10,762 bases of DNA from Octopus sinensis (GCF_006345805.1 NW_021827136.1:1-10762), one strand, 5' to 3'; shown: positions 1 through 7,649, counted from the stretch's first letter. Numbers and translations are program-made. The notes: a model not told the origin generated them from the letters alone.

Positions 1-69
1 CTATCTATCTATATGTGTGTTTGTGTGTGAGTGTTGAGTGTGGGTGTGTGTATGTATATATACATATAA

Positions 70-159
70 ATGGAAGGACAGAAGAATAAGAGACAGGCGA
101 TTGTTCTACGGAACCTAGGTGAAATGAATGGAGGAAAAGTGAAAGATTCTAGCCATACA

Positions 160-226
<67 letters not shown>

Positions 227-345
227 ACACACATATATACATCTCTGTGCGTATATATTTTGCTACAATCTTTCACTTTCCCTCTCTTCATTTCATTCAC
301 GTCTCGTAGAGCCATCGTCTGTCACTTATTCTTCTGTCCTTCCAT
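70..345. mobile_element. Foldback / MITE-like element: 84-bp inverted arms (70-153 and 262-345) around a microsatellite core
   Basis: Hand alignment of 70-153 against the reverse complement of 262-345 is ungapped with 70/84 identities, and the outer 21 bp (ATGGAAGGACAGAAGAATAAG) are identical. The inverted repeat is certain; its identity as a transposon is inferred. Confidence 0.6.
162..222. repeat. Compound (CA)n(TA)n microsatellite forming the spacer of the foldback element
   Basis: Direct reading: (CA)n at about 162-189, then (TA)n at about 189-222. Confidence 0.95.
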
Positions 346-657
346 ACATCTCATACCAACTCTCACTCTCTGAGATATCAGTTCTTTTCCTTTTTTTTTT
401 TTGTCCCTTTCTTTTACTCTTTCATCTCTCTTTCATCTTTGTCTTTCCTTATATTTCATTCACACGCATCAACTACTCTCACCCTATTCACCTTACTCAC
501 ACCCTCACTCATTCCCTTCCTCTCTAACATGAATCTTTTCCCTTTAAAGCCAATCTCACACACTTTACCTATCTTTCTTTCCCCTCCCCTCGTCACTCTC
601 ACTGTATCTCGTTGCCTGTACTTACGATGCCCCGACTCTCGTCATAGCCTACAATCA

Positions 658-1230
658 GCACGACCACCACGACCACCACCACCACAACCACTACCACCAC
701 AACCACTACCACCACAACCACCACCACCACCACTTCCACTACTACCGATACCACCACCACCAACAACAACAAAAACATCAACAACAACAACACCTCCACA
801 ACCACTACCACCCCAACTACCACCACCACTTTCCACCATTACCGATGCCACCACCAGCACCACCACCACAACTAACAACAACAACAACACCAATACCACC
901 AACACCACCAACAATACTTCCACAACCACTACCACCACAACTACCACCACCACCACTACTTTCACCATTACCGATGCCACCACCACCACCACCACCACCA
1001 ACACCACCATCAACAACATCACCTCCACAACCACTACCACCACAACTACCAACACCACTTCCACCACTACCGATGCCACCACCACCACCACTACCACCAC
1101 TACCACCACCACCACAACCAACACCACCAACAACACCTCCACAACCACTACCACCACAACTACCACCACCACCACTTCCACCATCACCAGCACCTCCACA
1201 ACCGCCATCATAATCCATTAACAACAACTA
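658..1230. repeat. ACC/ACA trinucleotide-based degenerate minisatellite (about 100-125 bp units, about 5 copies)
   Basis: Recurring motifs CTCCACAACCACTACCACC (about 794, 1023, 1137; one-mismatch variant at about 918) and CCGAT(G/A)CCACC (about 745, 842, 971, 1070) in an ACC/AAC-rich background. Confidence 0.9.
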
Positions 1231-1451
1231 CTTCACTGCCAATAGTATTCGGTATGCCACCCGTTTACTATATAATCACGGGAAACCCCACCCCGCACAC
1301 GTGATCACTTCAACACTTTCCCCTCTCCTCATCCCATATCCCTCACTTCCACCTCAGATCCTCCCCCCGCTAGACATAGCAGTAATTGGTTTCTAATGAC
1401 TACATAAAGCGAGATTCATTGCATCATTATTGCTGCTGGTATTACTTTCAG

Positions 1452-1485
1452 TGTTGTTGTTGTTGCCTTTGTTGCTGTTGTTGTT

Positions 1486-1516
<31 letters not shown>

Positions 1517-1548
1517 GTGGTGGTGGTAATGGTGATGTTATTGTTGTT
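1452..1548. repeat. (GTT)n/(GGT)n microsatellite
   Basis: Direct reading. Confidence 0.9.
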
Positions 1549-1640
1549 AAGAGCGAGGTTGAAGTGAAGAACACGGAAGTGAAGACGAATAATAAATTAC
1601 AGTGAGAAGCTAAGAGAGAAGAAATATAAATCGAAAGAGG

Positions 1641-1693
<53 letters not shown>

Positions 1694-1831
1694 CTAGATA
1701 GATAGATCAGAATAGATAGATAGATAGATAGATAGATATAGATGGGTAGATAGATAGGCTGGCAGATAGCGTATAGACCTAGAAGCGAGAGAAAGAATGA
1801 AAGATGGACAAAACAACAGACTAATATATAT

Positions 1832-1866
<35 letters not shown>
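1641..1866. repeat. (TAGA)n tract (about 1641-1757) and (TA)n tract (about 1824-1866)
   Basis: Direct reading. Confidence 0.93.
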
Positions 1867-2041
1867 GCTCGAAATACGAGTCAGAAACACAGCCAACAAC
1901 TGATGAAGGGTCTTTCTTTATGTTGTTTTGGTTTCCATTTGTGTCTTTCGTTGTTCGAAAGAATAGTTCATGTTCCATGTACTCGTGCTTTGTACTGTTT
2001 TGTTGTACACGTTTCATGACGTCCTGTTCCCACATATGCGA

Positions 2042-2340
2042 CTACGTACCAAGGCTAACGTGAAACCAGAAAGGAAAACTATTGAAGCAAGGAAATGGAA
2101 ATGACTGGGTCAAGTTTAACCCTAGAAACTGAACTCAATTGTCACAATCGCTTTGCAATAATGGGCTCCGCAAGGTAAAAGAAGACGTGGCCGACCAAAG
2201 GAAACGTGGCGGAGAACAATAACAAAAGATCTTAAAAGCAGAGGGTTACCAATGGAATAAGCTGTCAAGGACGCTTTCCGTGTTAGGAGGTGAACGGATC
2301 TTGCTGTTGCCTCAAGTGCCACAAGGCACAATGAATGAAT
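2042..2340 (+). mobile_element. Decayed 3' fragment of an RTE-clade non-LTR retrotransposon (C-terminus of the RT ORF plus short tail)
   Basis: The frame starting at 2042 translates as LRTKANVKPERKTIEARKWK*LGQV*P*KLNSIVTIALQ*WAPQGKRRRGRPKETWRRTITKDLKSRGLPME*AVKDAFRVRR*TDLAVASSATRHNE*. This matches the RTE post-RT pattern (RKWxWxGH...ALxWxPxGKRxRGRPxxTWRR...RW). Two stops (2102, 2291) are TGA where Trp is expected. The fragment ends in a GTGCC-ACAA-GGCAC stem-loop (2316-2329) and a short ATGAATGAAT tail. Confidence 0.85.
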
Positions 2341-2368
2341 ATATGCATACGTACATAAATATATATAT

Positions 2369-2527
2369 GGCGTGGTTGTGTGGTAAGTAACTTGCTTACC
2401 AAACACACGGTTCGGAGTCCAGTCCCACTGCGTGGCACCTTGGGTAAGTGTCTTCTATTATAGCCTCGAGCCGACCAAAGCCTTGTGAGTGGATTTGGTA
2501 GACGGAGACTGAAAGAAACCCGTCGTG

Positions 2528-2565
<38 letters not shown>

Positions 2566-2852
2566 GTGTGTGTGTGTGTGTGTGTGTGCGTGTGCGTGTG
2601 TGTGTGTGAGTTTGTGCGTGTGTGTGTGTATGTATTTGTGTGTCTGTGTTTGTCCCCCACTGTCGCTTGACAACCGATGCTAGTGTGTTTATGTCCCCGT
2701 AACTTAAAGGTTCGGTAAAAGAGACCTATAGAATAAGTACAAGGCTTGCAAAGAATAAGTCCTGGGGTCAATTTGCTCGACTAAAAGGTGTTGCTCCAGC
2801 ATGACCGCAGTCAAACGACTGAAACAGGCATAAGAGTGAAAGAATAGAAGAA
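2369..2852 (+). mobile_element. tRNA-derived SINE (Octopus-type) with internal (TA)n(TG)n microsatellite
   Basis: 5' head GGCGTGGTTGTGTGGTAAG (A-box-like) and a degenerate B-box GAGTCCAGTCCC (about 2415-2426). Central block CACCTTGGGTAAGTGTCTTCT...GTGAGTGGATTTGGTAGACGG...CCCGTCGT. Internal microsatellite at about 2527-2650. 3' block ...AATAAGTCCTGGGGTCAATTTGCTCGACTAAAAGG...CCAGCATGACCGCAGTCAAACGACTGAAAC. The family is recognised from memory of Octopus repeats, not from a search. Confidence 0.8.
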
Positions 2853-2921
2853 TATATATATATATATATACGTATATATTTGTGCATACGTGTGTATGTC
2901 TATGTGCCTATCTATGCATGC

Positions 2922-2970
<49 letters not shown>

Positions 2971-3305
2971 GAGTACATGTATCCTTATACGTCTGTAGCT
3001 ATATGTATCATTACAAAATGTAGGTACAGATAGATACATTGATGAGTTATATTACTATTTTTGTGCGTGTATATATAAATAAAATATGTGTATGCATATA
3101 TGTGCATATGTAAGTTTGTGTTTGTGTGTAAATTTCATACGTGTGTTTATCTATACCTATATCTATATATATTTAGCTATCTACTAATCTATCTATCTAA
3201 ATCTCTCTCTATATATATAATACGTATTTCTACATGCTTACATATATATATATATCTTTCTGTCGCATTTCGTCTCTATGTGCACGTGTGTGTGTACGCG
3301 TGTGG
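2852..3305. repeat. (TA)n tracts and degenerate TA/TG/TCTA low-complexity mosaic
   Basis: Direct reading: (TA)n at about 2852-2870 and about 2925-2965, with mixed alternating purine-pyrimidine sequence elsewhere. Confidence 0.85.
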
Positions 3306-3514
3306 TTAGATGCTAGAAACTTACATACTTAATTCAATATATATCACGTAAAATGTTAAATGTTAAATTGAAATATATTTAAATGCAAAGAAAATTGAAA
3401 GCAGGCTATAAAACGTCGAAAATATTCAGCTGATTGCTTTGTCAATTTGTGATTTCCACATTTTGAATTAATTTTGATGCAAGACGCCATAGAAACAACT
3501 AAAATCGCTTTGCA

Positions 3515-5304
3515 AGATGTCTCGACATATCTGGTTCGATTCTAAATTGAAACTGCTTATTTTATACTTACGAGATGTCTCGAGATATCTGGTTCGATTC
3601 TAAATTGAAACTGCTTATGTTATTCTTACGAGATGTCTCGAGATATCTGGTTCGATTCTAAATTGAAACTACTTATATTATACTTACGAGATGTCTCGAG
3701 ATATCTGGTTCGATTCTAATTGAAACTACTTATATTATACTTACGAGATGTCTCGAGATATCTGGTTCGATTCTAAATTGAAACTGCTTATGTTATTCTT
3801 ACGAGATGTCTCGAGATATCTGGTTCGATTCTAAATTGAAACTACTTATATTATACTTACGAGATGTCTCGAGATATCTGGTTCGATTCTAAAAATTGAA
3901 ACTGCTTATGTTATTCTTACGAGATGTCTCGAGATATCTGGTTCGATTCTAAATTGAAACTACTTATATTATACTTACGAGATGTCTCGAGATATCTGGT
4001 TCGATTCTAAATTGAAACTACTTATATTATACTTACGAGATGTCTCGAGATATCTGGTTCGATTCTAAATTGAAACTGCTTATGTTATTCTTACGAGATG
4101 TCTCGAGATATCTGGTTCGATTCTAAATTGAAACTACTTATATTATACTTACGAGATGTCTCGAGATATCTGGTTCGATTCTAAATTGAAACTGCTTATG
4201 TTATTCTTACGAGATGTCTCGAGATATCTGGTTCGATTCTAAATTGAAACTACTTATATTATACTTACGAGATGTCTCGAGATATCTGGTTCGATTCTAA
4301 ATTGAAACTACTTATATAATACTTACGAGATGTCTCGAGATATCTGGTTCGATTCTAAATTGAAACTGCTTATGTTATTCTTACGAGATGTCTCGAGATA
4401 TCTGGTTCGATTCTAAATTGAAACTACTATATATACTTACGAGATGTCTCGAGATATCTGGTTCGATTCTAATTGAAACTGCTTATGTTATTCTTACGAG
4501 ATGTCTCGAGATATCTGGTTCGATTCTAAATTGAAACTACTTATATTATACTTACGAGATGTCTCGAGATATCTGGTTCGATTCTAAATGAAACTCTACT
4601 TATATTATACTTCGAGATGTCTCGAGATATCTGGTTCGATTCTAAATTGAAACTGCTTATGTTATTCTTACGAGATGTCTCGAGATATCTGGTTCGATTC
4701 TAAATTGAAACTACTTGTTATTCTTACGAGATGTCTCGAGATATCTGGTTCGATTCTAAATTGAACTGCTTATGTTATTCTTACGAGATGTCTCGAGATA
4801 TCTGGTTCGATTCTAAATTGAAACTACTTATATTATACTTACGAGATGTCTCGAGATATCTGGTTCGATTCTAAATTGAAACTACTTATATAATACTTAC
4901 GAGATGTCTCGAGATATCTGGTTCGATTCTAAATTGAAACTGCTTATGTTATTCTTACGAGATGTCTCGAGATATCTGGTTCGATTCTAAATTGAAACTA
5001 CTTATGTTATTCTTACGAGATGTCTCGAGATATCTGGTTCGATTCTAAATTGAAACTACTTATATTAACTTACGAGATGTCTCGAGATATCTGGTTCGAT
5101 TCTAAATTGAAATACTTATAAATACTTACGAGATGTCTCGAGATATCTGGTTCGATTCTAAATTGAAACTGCTTATGTTATTCTTACGAGATGTCTCGAG
5201 ATATCTGGTTCGATTCTAAATTGAAACTACTTATATTATACTTACGAGATGTCTCGAGATATCTGGTTCGATTCTAAATTGAAACTGCTTATGTTATACT
5301 TTCA
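3515..5304. repeat. 58-bp tandem repeat array (minisatellite/satellite), 31 units
   Basis: Consensus AGATGTCTCGAGATATCTGGTTCGATTCTAAATTGAAACT(A/G)CTTAT(A/G)TTAT(A/T)CTTACG. Unit starts counted by hand: 3515, 3573, 3631, 3689, 3746, 3804, 3862, 3922, 3980, 4038, 4096, 4154, 4212, 4270, 4328, 4386, 4442, 4499, 4557, 4615, 4673, 4729, 4786, 4844, 4902, 4960, 5018, 5075, 5131, 5189, 5247. Confidence 0.98.
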
Positions 5305-5809
5305 AGAGGATGCTGAAATGTTCATGGCTTCGGGTAAAAGAAGATACAGGAGGGGTACCGGTTAATTATGGATTTATTCAACATATACTCCTGTCAGATT
5401 TACATGCCTATTGCAGCGGCCCTTCAGTTTTTCTAACAAAGTATCAAAGTACCCAAATACCTACTGTTAACTCCAATACAGAAAATCCAATTTTTTGCAT
5501 TTAGTGTAAAGAACTACTCGTCTTTGACCACGTGACCAATCAAAGGCATCTATCACTTTCAAGATTCCTAATGTGTTTCAATTTTCCTCATTTAATCTCA
5601 CGGCAGGTTGTGAAATAAATTGCATTAAACCTATGGCATTGACGAAATAATACTGTTTACCGGCGTATAATTAGGCATGTGTCTTGTAGTTGTTGTGTTT
5701 GCGCATGCGTATAAGTGTTAGTGTGTGTACATATATCGCTAGTTGTGGTGATGGTATTCGAGGTTGAAACCAGTGTTGGTAGTAGTACAACCGTTTCTGT
5801 TGTTTTGCT

Positions 5810-5890
5810 ACGTGTCAACTCTGTTTGGGCAAACTTGTGATCAAAGGCATTTCAGCCGTGCCCATCACATCCGTTGTCCAGACAACAGTA
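5810..5890 (+). mobile_element. Possible 3' fragment of an interspersed repeat (SINE-tail-like)
   Basis: GTGATCAAAGGCATTTCAGCCGTGCCCATC loosely resembles SINE 3' segments, for example AAAAGGTGTTGCTCCAGCATGACC at about 2783-2806. The resemblance is weak and boundaries are uncertain. Confidence 0.25.
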
Positions 5891-5984
5891 TGAAATTAGT
5901 ATGTGTGATGTGAGGGACATTTGGTTGTTGTTTCTCGATGGTGCACACATTTGCACTCGCGCAATCTCATCGAACACATAAAGC

Positions 5985-6352
5985 CTCCATCACACATGCT
6001 TATGTCTTCTAAGATACACACACACGCGCGCGGGCGCACACGCACGCACACACACATGCACAGACAACCACGCACGCACGTACACACAGATGCACCCATC
6101 CACATACATACACAAAGGCACATACGTACACATAATCCATTATACATGAATAGACGCTTTATTCTCTCATCAAATGCCGACCTTTTCACTCCCTCTCTCA
6201 CAGACACAGACACACACACAGACATACAGACACGCATACATACATATACATACAGGAGGACACATTTGTACACTCACCCTAACATAAAAACGAAGTACTC
6301 CCTTACTAAGCACATGCATACGCACATACAAACACACACACACACACACACC
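5985..6352. repeat. Degenerate (CA)n/(CACG)/(CATA) microsatellite mosaic
   Basis: Direct reading; includes ACACACACACGCGCGCG at 6016-6032. Confidence 0.85.
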
Positions 6353-6524
6353 TTTTCCCATCACCTCCCACACACCGTCACTCCCCTCATCTACCCCTAT
6401 GATCGAAGTCAGTCCCCTAATAAACCAAAAACGAGAATCAAATTGATGACAAATTGGTCCCTTTTTATAGATTGATTAGAATGGTGACACACAGACTTGT
6501 CGTAATATTGATGGGTGGCCTCGA

Positions 6525-6940
6525 TAGCGGTGATGGTGGGGATGGTCGAAGTGGCGGAGGTGGTCGTAGTGGTGGTGGTGGTGTTGGTGGGGTGGGGAAG
6601 GTGGTGGTGGTGTTGGTGGTGGTTTTGGAAAAAAGAGTGGTTTGTAGTGAAGATGGTGTTAGCGGGGTCGTGAGGAATTGGTGACGACGACCATGTTTTA
6701 CAGGGGTAGTGGGGGGTGGGGGTGGGGAAGCCCTGCTTGAGGAGGCTCTAAGATGGTGATGGTGTTGTTGTTGTTGATGGTGATGATGGTGGTGGTGACT
6801 GTGATGGTATGGTAGTGGTGGGTGAAAAGAAAGGTTAGATGGATGTTTAATGACAATGGTGGTAGCGGTGAGAGTGTTGGTCGTGACTGTGGTGGTGGTG
6901 GTGGCGGTGAAGAGGTGGTGGTGGTGGTTGTGGCAGTGGT
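6525..6940. repeat. (GGT)n/(GAT)n/(GTT)n low-complexity tract
   Basis: Direct reading; G-rich on the + strand. Confidence 0.85.
6703..6727 (+). other. Canonical G-quadruplex-forming motif
   Basis: GGGG-TAGT-GGGGGG-T-GGGGG-T-GGGG: four tracts of at least 4 G with loops of 1-4 nt. Confidence 0.7.
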
Positions 6941-7030
6941 ATTGGAGAGGGACCGTTTTGATTTAGGTGAATGCTTTGGGTTGGGGATGATGTGAGAGTT
7001 TGTGTATAAAAGCATATACATGCATGAATG

Positions 7031-7065
7031 TCTCTCTCTATATATATATATATATATATAGGAGG

Positions 7066-7127
<62 letters not shown>

Positions 7128-7159
7128 CAGGCAGACAGACAGACAGACAGATAGATAGT

Positions 7160-7231
<72 letters not shown>

Positions 7232-7449
7232 AAGAGAGAGAGAGAGGAGAGTGAGGGGAGAGAGAGGGGAGAAAGAAAAAAAGAGAAAACAAAGAAAAAG
7301 AGAACAAGACAGGCAGAGAAAGAGAGGGGTTGCGACAGTCTGGTAGGTGAAGAGAGTACAAGATATGTTTTGTGTATTTTGCGTGTGAAAGGAAAAAAAA
7401 CAGTTTTGGAAGTCATGAAGCGAAAGAGAAACAGAGACAGAGAGTGAGT

Positions 7450-7482
<33 letters not shown>

Positions 7483-7523
7483 TGAGAGAATGAGAGAGGG
7501 AGAGAGGGAGAGGGAGAGAGAGA
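7031..7523. repeat. Compound (TC)n(TA)n(GATA)n(GACA)n followed by GA-rich polypurine and (GA)n tracts
   Basis: Direct reading: (TA)n at about 7039-7060, (GATA/GACA)n at about 7066-7230, (GA)n at about 7233-7270 and about 7441-7523. Confidence 0.92.
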
Positions 7524-7649
7524 GCGAATTGAAGCAAGGGAGATAATCCATTAATGATTAAGGCAGTGATAGGCCAAAAAAACAGTGCGTATTCGCGTTT
7601 GTGTCAGTGTATGTATATGCACGCTCATATTTACCACAGACACTCTCAC

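Noticed and set aside
439-1221. 260-aa Pro/Thr-rich mucin-like CDS, plus overlapping Pro-, Val- and Gly-rich ORFs
   Set aside because: The ORF starts at TTG. ACC-rich sequence lacks stops in several frames on both strands by composition, and the register flips between Pro and Thr. No convincing splice sites were seen.
2146-3515. Identical 13-mer AATCGCTTTGCAA in the LINE fragment (2146-2158) and at the array's left edge (3503-3515)
   Set aside because: No extension on either side. One 13-mer match among all position pairs in several kb of unique sequence is roughly at chance level.
3533-3560. Tandem tRNA genes
   Set aside because: Only a B-box/T-arm-like piece is present. There is no A-box, D-arm, anticodon arm or acceptor stem, and the 58-bp period is too short.
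3515-5304. CRISPR array (palindromic constant segment alternating with a variable AT-rich segment)
   Set aside because: The variable segments are near-identical (two haplotypes differing at three sites) rather than unique spacers. There are no cas genes, and the context is animal repeat DNA.
3379-5595. Terminal inverted repeats flanking the array (TTAAATGCAAAGAAAATTGAAA at 3379-3400 versus the reverse complement of 5576-5595)
   Set aside because: The match is short, AT-rich and gapped. It does not extend convincingly, is asymmetrically placed and has no TSD.
3310-5745. Helitron/Helentron carrying the array as an internal repeat (CTAG at 3314 and 5739)
   Set aside because: No GC-rich hairpin at the expected distance from either CTAG and no subterminal inverted repeats were found. 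It remains testable by checking flank copy number.
6454-6684. Gly-rich ORF (GRSGGGGRSGGGG) after an acceptor-like CTTTTTATAG at about 6461-6470
   Set aside because: It derives from the GGT tract, has no good donor site and no recognisable domain.
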